64,000 nt of DNA from the human T2T-CHM13v2.0 reference genome, Homo sapiens (GCF_009914755.1 NC_060925.1); one strand, 5' to 3'; positions 36,978 to 51,060 are shown, numbered from the stretch's first letter. Numbers and translations are program-made. Notes: generated from the letters alone by a model not told the origin.

Positions 36978-38819
36978 TCACTTTAAACACTAAAGACATT
37001 ACTGCTTGTACATAGAGGATGGCTGAACATAATTACCGTGAGGTAGAGAGTTTTCTCCATGGGGTCCTAGCTTTAAGCTCTGGACAATTGACTGAAGGAG
37101 ACAGCCCTTAGGAGAGAAAATAAAAGCTGAAAGTGACCTGAGTTTTACTACAATTGGTTATGTTACTCTATGACTCCACACAGCTCCTGTCTACTTCCAC
37201 CAAAATGGCACCACCTTCCTGTTCCTAGGGATTCCCCCTAAGACAGAGGGTGGCAATGTTACTTCCTTCCATTCCGTTAGAGGCCTTGGGTTCATGAAGT
37301 GTGGTCCCCCTCCCTGCAACTTCCTGGGGAGGGCCTTTCTGAGGCAATTAGAAAATGAGAAATTCCCTTCCTCTCCATTCAGTGCCAGAAGAGGAGTGGG
37401 AGATTACAGGACTAATGGTCATGAACAGCATGAAGAGGAGACAGACATGTTCCAGGGAGTGATGGGGGTGTCTGCAGAGCATTCAGAGGCCGAACTCTCT
37501 GTTGTTCCAGGAAAATTAAGGTGGGAATCAGGGTATGTTTTGCCAACTGCAGCAGAGATCTTCCACTCCAGATAGGGTTCCCATTTGTGTCATCTGTGGC
37601 GTGTCGCACCACCCTAATTCAAATATTATGACAAGGTAGCAACCAGACGCGTTGAAGGACTGTGAGGAAACAGGCAGTGTTAGAGTACTTCCTGCATAAG
37701 AAATGATATTTTCATTTTTAAAATCTACATTCCCCTCTTGGCAGTGGCCCAGCGATGCAGACAAGGGCTGTAACAATGGCTAATGTGCAGCTCTTAGTGT
37801 ACCTGCTAACTACAGGTCAGGGCACTTTTACATCCATATCACAAATCTTGATGTTTCAGTAGCCAGTTACACACTAGCAGGCAATGCTTCACCCCCCACC
37901 CCCCCAAGGGAATAAACTCCCCTGGAATACTATGTGAGGAGTCCTTGGCATGCCGATAGGGGTCAGCTGCTCCTGATGCAAGAGGGGGCGGCTTAGACCT
38001 GCCCAGTGGCCATCAGAGCTGCCACTGGGGTTGAGCCTCCAGTGTCTGCTAATCTCAGCTTCATGAGCAGCAGGGCCACTTCTACTAGGTGGGGCCTGAA
38101 GTCTGTGGTCAGTCTGGGGAACTCAGGAGGGCATCTGCCACTGTCACAGCGTTGCCGTGTGGACCCTGCGGATCTTGGTGCGGACCCCTGTCAGTTTGCC
38201 AAGGCAACAACCATCCCATATTTGAGAAGTGGTTTCTTCTCTGTGCCACACTCTGTACTGGAGTTCCCTATTCCCAGCAAATTGATCTGCTTCCCAAGGT
38301 AGTAAGATTCTTCAGATTCACTCAAGAGCCATTTCCCAAGGTGACCCCACAGCCCAGGGGTGGGTGGCTTGGATGGGCCCTAGTACTAAGTTCTAGTTCT
38401 GTGCTTAGAGCTGACTTCCTGATCCTCTGACTAGTTGAGGACCCTCTGTTTCATTTTCCAAGCCACCTAGGACCTTGCTTGTTTTATTACAAAGACGCCC
38501 CCTAGAGTTTGGATCCTGGTTCTGATTTTTTATTTTTTATTTTTTGGTCACCCTTTTCTTTTATGCTGAGCCACCTTTCAGGAACTCCAGTGCCCTTTTC
38601 TGCTCCTTGGCCTGAGTCAAGACCTTGCCCAGGCCATGAAATATATTTTTACAGTCTGACAACTCAATGGGGGGACTTCTGCTTCTGGGAAGATACTTTC
38701 CCCTATTCTTCCCACTGAGTGCAGCTCAAAACCATGGACTTTATATATACAGTAAACATAAGAAGGCTCTGAAAGGTAGAAAGAAGAAGGCAGACGGGCC
38801 AGGGACCTTGGGCCCCAAG

Positions 38820-39556
38820 TGTCATAGGCCGAATTGTGTCCCTCCAAAATTCATATGCTAACATTTTCATCCCCAGTGATTGCATTTGAGGATAAAGTCT
38901 TTAAAGAGGTAAGGAAAATGAGGTCATTTAGAGTGGGCCCTGTCGTGCCGGACCCCTACTGACTTCAGTAGAGTTGGTGCCATGTTTGAGAGGCTGAAGA
39001 AGAGACCTGGAGCCAGTGCATGAGACATAGGGTTTATTGAGGGGACTTACATACAGGGTGGCCCAGTGGTGATGGGCTGCACAGGAAAACTGCAACCACC
39101 TGTCAAAAGCATGTGGTTTACATAGCATTTTCACTTAGCACCCTCCCCTGGCAACCTCCATCTGGCAACCTTCATTCAACCCATGATGAAGCCTGCATTC
39201 CATGGGATGGGTCAAGGGTTCCAATGCTCCTCATAGATAAGGAATGAATCTCCAGGTTGGCCACTCCAAGTTATTGCTGTCAGGTACATCTGCCATATAG
39301 GCCCTAATCCAATATGACTGGTGTCCTTTTAAGAAGAGAAGATTAGGACACAGACAAATACAGAGGGAAGATCATGTGAAGACACCATGAGAAGAGAGCC
39401 ATCTGCAATCCAAGGAGAGGGGCCTGAAAAGAAGCCAATCTTGCTGACACGTTGATCCCAGACTTCCAGCCTTCAGAACTGTGAAATAATACATTTCTGT
39501 TGTTTAAGTCAACCAGTCTGTTGTACTTGTTATGATAGCTCTAGACAACTGATATA
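38820..39556 (+). mobile_element. MLT1B/C-like MaLR LTR
   Basis: TGTCATAGGCCGAATTGTGTCCC start; perfect TSD CCAAG. Confidence 0.85.
38941..39299 (-). mobile_element. Solo LTR (LTR47-like) nested in the MLT1
   Basis: Minus strand begins TATATGGCAGATGTACCTGACAGCAATAACTT; 5-bp TSD GGCCC. Confidence 0.7.
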
Positions 39557-42500
39557 CCAAGGAATCACACAGTGGTGAGTTTCTTTAGCCTTATGTATTC
39601 CAGACACGGAGCTCAATAAGTCAGCAACCTGAAAACACCAACAGGTTTAGACCAAAAACCAAGCCCCCAACAAAAGCCCACTTATCTAGCCAAAAGACAA
39701 GGAAAGGGTCAGCCTAGCAAGGCAGAGACATTTTAGATAATAACAGCTCTGCTCCAGACGAACATTATAGAGAAAACTGTGGCCTCACCCCTACCCATGC
39801 CTGCAGAAGCCAAGCAGGAAGCCTAGACTTCCAGCCTCATCAGGCTGTAACGAGGCATCCCTAGTTCTCTCACTGGGTTTGTGTCTGAGAAGGCTGAGTA
39901 GGGAGAAGGAACTTTCATTCCTCTAGGGTGGTAAAGAGCCTCCCAACCCTGGTGTCATTGAAGGCCACATGGAGAGGTGCAATGAGACACTCCTAACTCA
40001 GCCAGGGACATATCAGTGGAGGCCTAGTGAGGTATGGAATACCCATCCCTGCCCAGGAGAAATGAGGAGCCTCCTCCCTCAATTATCACCAGAGGCCACC
40101 AGGGAAGCCTGGTCTTCTCCTCCCACCAGGCACTCCCCCTTATTCCTGCCAGAGCGGTGTCAAAGGGAGCCAGCTGAATTAGCCCACTAAATTGTATTAG
40201 CCAATGCAATATGTAGCCAATGCAATATTTACTACATAAATCTTATTCAGAATCTTATAATATAATACAAAAATGTCCAGGTTTTAATAGGAAATCACAC
40301 AGCATATCCAAAATAGGAAGACCTCAAGTCAAATCACAAAAGGTCATCAATGGATGCCAGCACCAAGGTGACAGAGATGTTAGAATTATCTGGAAAAAAT
40401 ATTTTAAACATTTTATGTTATTTATTTATTTATTTTTATAAACAGAGACAGGGTCTCACTATATTGATCAGGCTGCTCTCAGATTCCTGACCTCAAGTGA
40501 TCATCTTGCCTCAGCCTCCCAAAGTGCTGGGGTTACAGGCTGGAGCCACTGCACTGAACCAAACAAAGATTTTCTAAAGCAACCATCATAAACATGCTTC
40601 AGTGAGCAATTACAAACAGGCTTGAAACAAATGAAAAATAGACTCTTCAAAGAATAGAATGTTTCAGCAAAGGAATAGAAGATACAAAGAAGGACTAAAT
40701 GGAAATTTTAGAAGTGAAAAATGCAATAACCACTATATAATGTAAAAAAACACAGTGGATGGTCACACTAGCAGAACAGAGGGAACAGAGGAGAGGATCA
40801 GTGAACAGGAAGACAGAAACATAGAAATTATGAAATCTAAACCACTGGAAAAAGGGAACAGAGCCTCAAGGACCTGCAGGATCCTAACAAAAGATCTAAC
40901 ATTCATGACATTGGAATCCCAGAAGAAGAGGGGAAAAATGTTGAGGCTGAAAAAGTACTAGAAGAAATAATGGCTGAAAACTCTGCAAGTTGGGAAAAGA
41001 TAGCAATCTATAGAATCAAGAGGGTAACCTAATTCCAAACAGGATAAACCCAACATAATACACACCTAAGCTCATTGTGGCCAAACTGCTGAAAACTAAA
41101 GACAAAGAAAAGTCTTGAAAGCAGCATGAGAAAAATGCCTTACTTGAAGGGAAAAATAACTCCAGTGACAGAGGATTTCTCATCAGAAACCACGGAGTGA
41201 AGGAAGTGGCACAACATCTTTTAAGTACTGAAAGAAAAAAACTGTCAAGCTAGAATCCTGTAAACAGTGAAAATATTTTTCAAGAATGAAGGAAAAATCA
41301 AGACATTCTTAGTCAATGGAAAACTAAGAAAATTTGTCACCAGGAGACCTACCTTAAAAAAATGACTAAAAGAAATTATCTAAACAGAAGGGAAAATTTA
41401 AAAAAAAAAAGGAATCTGGGGACATCAAGAAGGAAGACAGGATATAGTAAGCAAAAATACCAGTAAATATGATATACTTTCCTTCTTCTTTTGATTTTCT
41501 ATATTATGTTTGACAGTTGAAGCAAAAATTATAACACTCTTTGATGTGGTTCTAAATGTATGTATAGCAAATAATTAAAACAGTTATAAATACGGCATAC
41601 ACAGGGATGTAAATTCAGGTAAAGTTTCTATACTTCACAGGCAACTTACTCAACTTGATAAAGAACATCTACCAAAATATCCTATAACTATACTTAATGG
41701 CAAAAGACTGAAGGTTTTCCCAAAAAGACTAGGGACGAAGCAATGATGTCCACTCTCACCACTCCTATTCAATGTAACACTGAAAGTTCCAGCCAGTGGA
41801 ATAAGGCTAGAAAAAGAAATAAAAATATATGGACTGGAAAGGAAGAAATAAAATTGTCCTTACTTGCAGATGACAGGATTGCCTGTATGAAAAATATGAA
41901 GGAATCTACAAAAAATCTCCTATCACTAATACGTGATTTCGGCAAAGTCACAAGATACAAGTAAAAATACAAAAGTCAAATGTTTTTCTATATGCTAGCA
42001 ATTAACACATGGGCATCAAAATTAAAAAATATAATACTATTTACAATCACTCAAAATAAAATGAAATATTTAGCTGTGAATCTAACAAAATATTTATAGC
42101 GCCTGTGTGCTGAAAACTACCAAACACCAATGAAAAAAATAGAAGAGAATCTAAATAAATGATGAGGCATATCACGTTCATAATTGGAAGATGCAACTTT
42201 GTAAAGGTGTCAATTCTCCCAAAATGATATGCTGATTTAATACAACTCCTATCAAAATCCCAGCAATATTTTTGTAGATATAGGCAAGATTATTCTACAC
42301 TTTATATGGAGAGGCAAAGGGACTAGAATAACTAAAACGATCTTGAAAAGATCTGAGGAATCAGTCTACCCATTTTCATGACTTACAGTACAGCCACCGT
42401 AATCATGACTGCATGGTATTGGCAGAGGCAGAGACACATAGATCAACAGAACAGGCAGAGAACCCAGAAATAGATCCACACAAATTTACCCAAATAATTT

Positions 42501-43159
42501 TTGACAAAGCAATTCAATGGGGGAAAGATCACTTTTTCAACAAATGGTGCTTGAATAATTGAACATCCGTAGATAAAAAAACAAAAAACAAAGACCACCT
42601 CAATCTAAATTTCATACCTTATACAAAATTAACTCAAAATAGATTACAGACTTAAATGTCAAATGGAAATCTGTAAAATCTTAAGATTAAAAGAAATAGG
42701 AGAAAATCTTAGAGCTAGGCAGAGTTCTTAGACTTGACAACAAAGCATGATACATAAAATTTAAAACTGATAAAATGGACTTTATCTAAATGAAAGACTT
42801 TTGTTCTAAGAAAGACATTTAGGAGGATGAAAAGACAGCCTACTAACTATGGGAAAATATTTGCAGACCACATATCTGAAAAGAACTAGTATGTAGCACA
42901 TGTAAAGAACACTCTGGGGACCAAGGCGGGAGGATGGCTTGAGCTCAGGAGTTTGAAGCTGCAGAGAGCAATGATGGCACCACACTGCCCTCCAGCCTGG
43001 GCAACAGAGCAAGACCTTGCCAAAAAAACAAAACAAAACAAAACAAAAACTCTCCAAACTCAACAATAAAATTCAAACAATCCAGTGTGCAAAAGTCATG
43101 AAGAAATATTTCACCGAAGACAAAATACAGATGGCAAATAAGCACTTGAAAAGATGTTT

Positions 43160-43530
43160 GGCCGGGTGTGGTGGCTCACGCTTGTAATCCCAGCACTTTG
43201 GGAGGCTGAAGCAAGCAGATCACTTCAGGTCAGGAGTTCAAGACCAGCCTGGCCAACATGGTGAAACCCCGTCTCTACTAATAATACAAAAATTAGCCAG
43301 GCGTGGTGGCAGGTGCCTGTAATCCCAGCTACTCAGGAGGCTGAGGCAGGAGAATTGCTTGAACCCGGGAGGCTGAGGCAGGAGAATTGCTTGAACCCAG
43401 GAGGCAGAGGTTGCAGTGAGATGAGAGATTGCGCCACTGCACTCCAGACTGGGTGACAGGGCAAGTCTCCATCTCAAAAAAAAAAAAAAAAAAAAAAAGA
43501 AGAAAGAAAAAAAGAAAAAGAAAAAAGAAA
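43160..43530 (+). mobile_element. AluS with an internal 32-bp tandem duplication
   Basis: GGAGGCTGAGGCAGGAGAATTGCTTGAACCC twice (43336-43398); TSD AAAAGATGTT. Confidence 0.95.
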
Positions 43531-44295
43531 AGATGTTCAACATCATTAGCCATTAGAGAAATGCAAATTTTAAAACACACCTATTAGAATGACTAAAATA
43601 AAAAATAGTTGTTTTTATTTTTAAATGTGGCAAATAAAGAGAGGTAAAGGTAGGTAAGGTTTCTATACAAGGGTAACTTAACTTGATAAAGAACATCTAC
43701 AAAAATCCCTATACTTAACAGTATACCTCATGGTAAGAGACTGAAGGTTCTCCCAAAAAGATCAGGAACAAAGCAAGGATGTCCATTTTTACCACTCTTA
43801 TATATAAATATAGTTGTTGTTATTTTTTATCTTAGTCATTCTAATCGGTGTGTTTTAAAATTTTTCAAATTATTATTGAATGCTGAGGAGAATTAAGAAA
43901 AACTGGATCAAGATCTAGAAGGTTTCCCTTACCACAATTTAAATTGCTGATGGAATTGTAAAGTGATAAGGTCACTTTGAAAAACATTTTGACAGTTTTA
44001 AAAAATATTAAACCTGCCACTACCATGTATTCCTTGGCCTTTACCTTACAGAAATGAAAAGCTGTGTTCACATAGAAACCTGTACATGAATGTTTATAGA
44101 AATTTTCTTCATTATATCCTAATATTGGAAATAATCCAAATGTTCTTCAGTGGGAATATGGTTAAACAAACCATGGTACAGCCATACCGTGGAACACTAC
44201 TTAACAGTAAAATGATATAAACTTTCATTCAGGCAACAACCTGGATGAAGCTCCAGGGAATTATGCCGAGTGAAAAAAGTGTGTGATTTATATAA

Positions 44296-44599
<304 letters not shown>

Positions 44600-45814
44600 T
44601 AGAAATTATAGAAATGGAGAACAGCCAGTGAGTGGCTACCAGGCACTAAGGAGTGGGTGATGGTGGAAGGCAAGTGGGTGTGGCTATAAAAGGACAACAG
44701 GAAGATCCCGGTGGTAATGGAAACCTTCTATATCTTGACTGTATCAATTCCAACATCTCAGTTGTGATATTGTGTTGTAGTTTTGCAAAATGTTATCATT
44801 GAGGAAACTAAGTAAAGTTTCATGGAATCCCTCTGTATCATTTTTTACAACTTATGTGAATCTGCAATTATCTCAAAATAAAAAATTATATTCAGTTGGG
44901 CATGATGGCTCAGGTGTTTCTCTCCAGGACTTTGAAAGTCCAAGGTGTTAGGATTGCTTGAGCCCAGGAGTTCAAAGTTGAAGTGAGCCATGATTGTGCC
45001 ACTGAACTCCAATCTGGGTGACAGTGAGAACTTGACTCAAAAAAATAATATTTTTTTGATTAAAAGAAAAACCCTAGCGATTATTTCTGGCTTTATATAG
45101 TATAGCCAGTTCAGTATTTCCTCCTGCTCCTCTCAGAAGCCAAACAAAAATAACGAAGAAAACAAGAAACAGACATGCTAACACCATCCTTGACAAAACT
45201 AGGAAACAGTAGAAACCCCAAATCACACGATAGTAGGAAGGGCGGTCTAACAATGAAGGTCAAGTTGAAGTGCAAGCAGATGCAGAAGATGCAGATTTTT
45301 AAGAGGAAACCTGCAAAGGCCAAAGTGAAACAGTGGATGTAGACTGATGGTAAGGGAAAAAAAAAAAATCCTGTGGACTCAGTTTGATTCCAAAGCAAAG
45401 TAGAGGAAGTAGAAGCTGAATAAGCCATTATACAGACAACCTGCATCTTTAGGGAGCATTTTGTCAATGTGGCAGGATGGAGGAGAAAGACTGCATTGTG
45501 AATCACCCTCAGTAACGATCTCAGTTGTTGAAGGAAAAGTAATCATTAAAGAAATCATTCACATACACAATCTTGCAGGATGAGAAGAATTATTCTGACT
45601 GTACCAGATGAGAGAGTTTCCTCCTGCAAGTGATGAGTCCAGGAAGGACTCACTTTATTCAAAGATGGGTATTCAAAATGGAAAACCCCTCCCTGGGACT
45701 TATATTTTTTTTTCTTTTTCACTATAAGAAAAGAAAGGGGGGAAAGTTAAATGAAAGCAAGTAGCAAACAGAACAAAACAAAAACCTCTCTGGGACTTCT
45801 GCTGATAGCAGTGA

Positions 45815-46976
45815 TGATGTGGTTTGGATGTGTGTTTCCTCCAAATCCCATGTTGAAATGTAATCCCAGAGTTGAAGGTAGGTCCCGGTGGAAGGTGCTG
45901 GGGCCATGGGGTGAGTCTCTCAGGCTTGGTGCTGTCCTTGTGATAATGAATGAGTTCTTGCTCTGAGATCTGCTTGTTTAGAACAGCATGATGCCTCCTC
46001 TCCCCTCTCTTGCTCCTGCTCTTGCCATGTGACTGCCTGCTCTCTCTTTGCCTTCCACCATGATTGGAAGCTTCCTGAGGCCCTCACCAAGGCAGGTGCT
46101 GGAGCCATGCTTGTGTAACCTACAGACCTGTGAGCCAATTAAACCTCTTTTCTTTATACATTACCCGGTCTCAGGTATTTCTTTTTATTATTATTATTGT
46201 CATTTAGTTCTTATTTCATAATCATAAACTGAACTTTGCAATCCAGCTAGGCATGGAAGGAAACCCATAGAACCCAAAGGGAACTGCAGTGAGAACACAA
46301 AGATGATAGAATACTGTGAGCAAATGGGGTGGGGGGTGCTCTCCTGAGCTACAGAAGGAATGGTCTGGTGGTTAAGATAAAACACAAGTCAAACTTATTA
46401 GCGTTGTCCACAGTCAGCAATAGTGACCTCCTTGCTGGTCTTGCCTTTCCTGGACCCAAAGCGCTCCATGGCCTCCACAATATTCAGTTTCTTCTTTCAC
46501 CTTGCCAGAGACCACATGCTTGCCATCCAGCCACTCAGTCTTGGCAGTGCAGATGAAAAACTGGGAACCGTTTGTGTTGGGTCCAGCATTTGCCGTGAAA
46601 AAGATGCCAGGACCTGTAGGCTTCAGGATGAAGTTCTCGTCATGAAATTTCTCTCCACAGATGGGCTCGCCACCAGTGTCATTATGGCATGTGAAGTCAC
46701 CACCCTGCCACATAAGCCCTGGAATAATTCTGTGAAAGCAGGAATCCTTAAAACCATATCTTTTCTCTCATGTGCTCAGAGCACAAAAGTTTTCTGCTGT
46801 CTTTGGAAACTACTCTGCAAACAAATCAAAACAGACGCAGCCCAAGGGCTCGCTATCATGGTGATGTCGAAGAAAATGGTGGGGTTGACCATGGCTGGTA
46901 TTATGGGGCTCCTGGCCACAGCAGCATCTGCAAAGCCAAGTATTTCTTTATAGCAGCACAAGAATGGTCTAATACA
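45815..46976 (+). mobile_element. MSTA-like MaLR LTR interrupted by the PPIA retrocopy
   Basis: TGATGTGGTTTGGATGTGTG start, GGTCTAATACA end; TSD AGTGA/AGTGG. Confidence 0.88.
46185..46936 (-). pseudogene. Processed cyclophilin A (PPIA) pseudogene
   Basis: Intronless MVNPTIFFDI...QGGDFT...[28 protein letters not shown]; former CDS 46892-46395 with frameshifts and stops; 5'/3' UTRs, (AAT)n tail, TSD CA(G/A)GTATTTCTTT at 46172-84 and 46937-49. Confidence 0.97.
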
Positions 46977-49017
46977 AGTGGCATGAAGTTTTTCAGCAAA
47001 CCTCCAACAAAAACTTTTTAAATAAAAACTGCAAAAAAAAATTTTAAGCCATCTGAAGGCATTGGAGAATGACCCAAATGGATAGAAACTGCAGGATAAT
47101 TTACTCTTGAGAATGATTATAGGAGTAAGAATTGCAAGTTTATGCTATATTTTCCCTGCAAATGTTTTCCATCCCCAACCCCAAATCCTGCTGCAGAAAA
47201 TCACAGCCTTTCTAGTTAAAGTGTCAGAAAACAGAGGGTAGGGTTGGCAAAACAGGAGGAGATTTAGGAGTGAAATCCTGAAATCAGGAGAGTTCCAGAA
47301 GAAGTGAATCCCAAAATATGAGTATAAATTCTGCCCAAACCTTTGACTGACTGCTGAACTATGCATATGTAAGACAGAGCCCAAGAGACTCAAAGAACTA
47401 GCAGGCAGAGGTGAGAGAGGAACGTGTTCTTGAACGCCTGCCTCAGGTGAGATATGCAAATGTGTTGCTCTTTTAACTGTGCATTCCCAACGGAGGCGTA
47501 AAGCTGAAGCCACAATGGCCTGCGGTGCCAGAAAACAGAACTGGGGCTGGAGATCAGCTGTAAGCAAGGAAATCTCAGAGAGAATAAGTCCCAATATTTC
47601 AGTGTAAACTCCTCTCAAACTTTTGACTGACTGTTTAACCGCACAGATGGAAAACACCTTCAGAGACAAGGCTATAAATGCAGCAGCTGGAAGAGAAAAG
47701 AAAGCTGGTCAGAGATGTCAGCTGATGCACTCTACAAGGGAGACAGTGTTTACAATTAGAATTTAGGCAAGCAAGTTAATGGCTTAATAGAAAAAAGTTC
47801 AATAATCTTCAGAAGAATATAACACATTACAGAGTCATTACAACATGTCACCTACAATATCAGGTTTTGAACCAAAAAATTGCCAGACGTGCAAAGAAAC
47901 AAGAAAGGGTGGTTCATATTCAGGATAGAAGGATGCTTATGGAATCTTTATTGAAAGTGAACTCAGATGTTAGGTTTAGCTGATAACAATTTTAAAGCAG
48001 CTACTATAATCACACTCAGAGAATTAAAAGAAGCATGGTGTTGATGAGTGAACAAATAGAAAATCTCAATACAGAAATTAAAATTATAAAAAAGAAACAA
48101 ATAAAAACTCCAGAGCTGAAAAGTACAACTGCAAGCAAAAAAAATTTTACTTGATAGGCTCAACAGCAGATGGGAGATGGCAGAATAAAGAATCAGTAAA
48201 CTTGGAAGAAGATAAGTAGAAATTATCCAACCTGAAGAACAGAAAGAAAAACAAGTGAAGAAAAATAAGCAGACCCTCAGAGGCTTATAGAACAATATCA
48301 AGCAGTCCAACATAAGGCTTAACTGAAGGAGGAGGAGGAGGAGGAGGGGAGAGAGAGAGAGAGACACAGAGAGAGAGAGAATAGTCTTCATATTTCTTTA
48401 TTTATGAAAAAAAGACAGAACACTCCCGATATCTGGTAAATATGAGTATATCTTGTAAAGCCCCAAAAACCCCACATTGGAGACCTTCAAAGAAAATCAC
48501 ACCCTGGTACAGAACATTCATTCACACCACAGAATGCCAATGATAGAGAAAATCTTGAAAACTGTGAGAAAAATAAGATATTACATACAAGATAATTAAC
48601 TTATAATTTCAGCTCTGACAAGTGAAGGGCTTGGAAGTCATTACTCCCATTCTTAGAACAAGAAAAAGCTAAACAAGCCGTCAATTCATGACCTTTCTTG
48701 GACACATCAGAGAACTAAGTTTGCAGAGCAAACTGCCACCCCCAAATCTGGAGAGATGGGCAAGTCCAGAGAGTCACAAGGACACCTGCTCACCTGGAGC
48801 AGAAGCCAATGAGGGCATCAACTCTTAGAAACATGTCCATGATGATTTTGGCAAATTGCTGCAGTGAACTAGCATGAAAGTGACAAACTCCCAAGGCCTG
48901 CAGTCTTGAGGTGGGGACCTATGTTTTCATGGGTTTCACCTCCAGAAACCCCACCAGGTTCTCATGGTGAAGAGCCAAGAAAGATCCCTTCATGTCTCTG
49001 GCAGGAGTAGAAGAGGA

Positions 49018-49100
49018 GGCCAGGCATGGTGGCTCACGCCTGTAATCCCAGCACTTTGGGAGGCCGAGGTGGGTGAATCACCTGAGGTCAGGAGTTCGAG
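49018..49100 (+). mobile_element. Tailless Alu 5' fragment
   Basis: First ~82 nt of an AluS, no A-tail, flanked by a 15-bp direct repeat. Confidence 0.9.
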
Positions 49101-50250
49101 GAGTAGAAGAAGAACAAACATTGTCAGATGTACCCAGAAGATTTTTCACGACAATGAAAAACACTCTGTAATAAAGGTGGTTGCTCTCGAGTTTGTAATA
49201 TCCATTTTTAACTTATCTAAATTCACCTTTAAACTGCGCTATACTGCTTTTGTGTATTACAGGTACCATATAGTGGGATTACCTTAAATAGAGATGACTT
49301 TTCTTATTTGTATATAAATTAATCTCAATTCCTAGATGGAGAAAATTATTTTCCAGGAAAATAAAAATTTACAAAACTGACTTTAGGAGAGAAAAAAATC
49401 TAAATGGATCAATTACCATAGAAGAAATAGAGGAATTTGTCCAAGAGCAGCTTCCTAACTATCACTGACCTTTTACTCTAGCCCCCAAAAGAATCAGGCT
49501 CCAAGTTTTCACTGGGGAATTGTACCAAACTTCTCAGGAACAGATGGCTACAATGCACTTTCAAATGTTCCAGTGCATAGAAAAGGAAAAAAAATCTTTT
49601 AAACTTTTCATACAAAGCTAGCAAATCAATCCTAACAGTGGTAGCCCAAAAAAGAAAACTACAGAACAAATTTACTTAAAAATAATTCATGCAAAAATCC
49701 TAAATAAAACATTAACAAACAGAATCCAGCAAAGGTCAGAAGGGTAATCTTTTAACCAAGTGGAGTTTATTTTGAGAATACAAGAAGAGGTCAGTAAAGA
49801 AATTTGCTATTAAAGCAATTCCCAAGAAAGAAAAATAGTATGATTATCTTCAAAGACAATCCATTTGATAAGCATCCATTCTTGATAACTATTCTGAATA
49901 GATGAATAATTACAAGGCAATCCTTTAGAATGATTAAAAACTGTATCTACTTCACCCAGTTTACCACAATGTTTATGAAATCCCCTCCCCAAGAAAGTCC
50001 CATTTAAGTCAGGAACAAGACAAAAATGTCCATTACCATCATTTCGATTTAAAGATGTTTGGAGGCACTAAGCAAGGCCGAGAGACTAGCAGGGGAAAAA
50101 AGAAGCATAAAAATGAGAAAAGGAGAAGGCAAAATCATTATTATTTGCAAATATTATTGTATATCTAGGAAACCTCAAAAAATCATCTAAAAATTAGTTC
50201 AACCACATAAATGAGTAAGGTCAGTACCAAACTGCAAAAATAAATCAGCA

Positions 50251-50362
50251 GGCCTGGTGGCACACAACTATAGTCCCTCCTTCTGGGGATGCTGGGGCAG
50301 GAGGGTCCCTTGAGCCCAGGAGTACCAGGCCAGCCTGGGCAACATATCAAGACCCCGTCTAC
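50251..50362 (+). mobile_element. FLAM/Alu monomer
   Basis: Monomer ending CAAGACCCCGTCT; TSD AAATAAATCA(G/A)CA at 50238-50 and 51059-71. Confidence 0.8.
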
Positions 50363-51060
50363 TTAAATTAAATAAATGTAATTTAATTAAATAATAAATT
50401 TAATTAAAAATGAATTTAATTAAATAAATTTAATTAAAAATGAATTTAATTAAATAAATTTAATTAAAAATGAATTTAATTAAATAAATTTAATTAAAAA
50501 TGAATTTAATTAAATAAATTTAATTAAAAATGAATTTAATTAAATGAATTTAATTAAAAATGAATTTAATTAAATGAATTTAATTAAAAATGAATTTAAT
50601 TAAATGAATTTAATTAAAAATGAATTTAATTAAATGAATTTAATTAAAAATGAATTTAATTAAATGAATTTAATTAAAAATGAATTTAATTAAATGAATT
50701 TAATTAAAAATGAATTTAATTAAATGAATTTAATTAAAATGAATTTAATTAAATGAATTTAATTAAAATGAATTTAATTAAATGAATTTAATTAAATAAA
50801 TTTAATTAAAAATGAATTTAATTAAATAAATTTAATTAAAAATGAATTTAATTAAATAAATTTATTAAAAATGAATTTAATTAAATAAATTTAATTAAAT
50901 AAATTTAATTAAATAAATTTAATTAAAAATAAATTTAATTAAATAAATTTAATTAAATAAATTTAATTAAATAAATTTAATTAAATAAATTTAATTAAAT
51001 AAATTTAATTAAAAATAAATTTAATTTAATAAATTTAATTAAATAAATTTAATTTATTAA
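50363..51060. repeat. AT-rich minisatellite (14/16-bp subunits, 30-bp higher-order unit)
   Basis: AATTTAATTAAAAATG + AATTTAATTAAAT(A/G) repeats; almost no C. Confidence 0.97.

Noticed and set aside
46423-46953. 176-aa plus-strand ORF
   Set aside because: Antisense shadow of the PPIA pseudogene
47145-47669. 174-aa minus-strand ORF
   Set aside because: Lies antisense in degenerate L1M-like sequence; no recognisable domain
50363-51060. CRISPR-like periodic array
   Set aside because: No unique spacers and no cas genes; it is a tandem AT minisatellite in primate DNA
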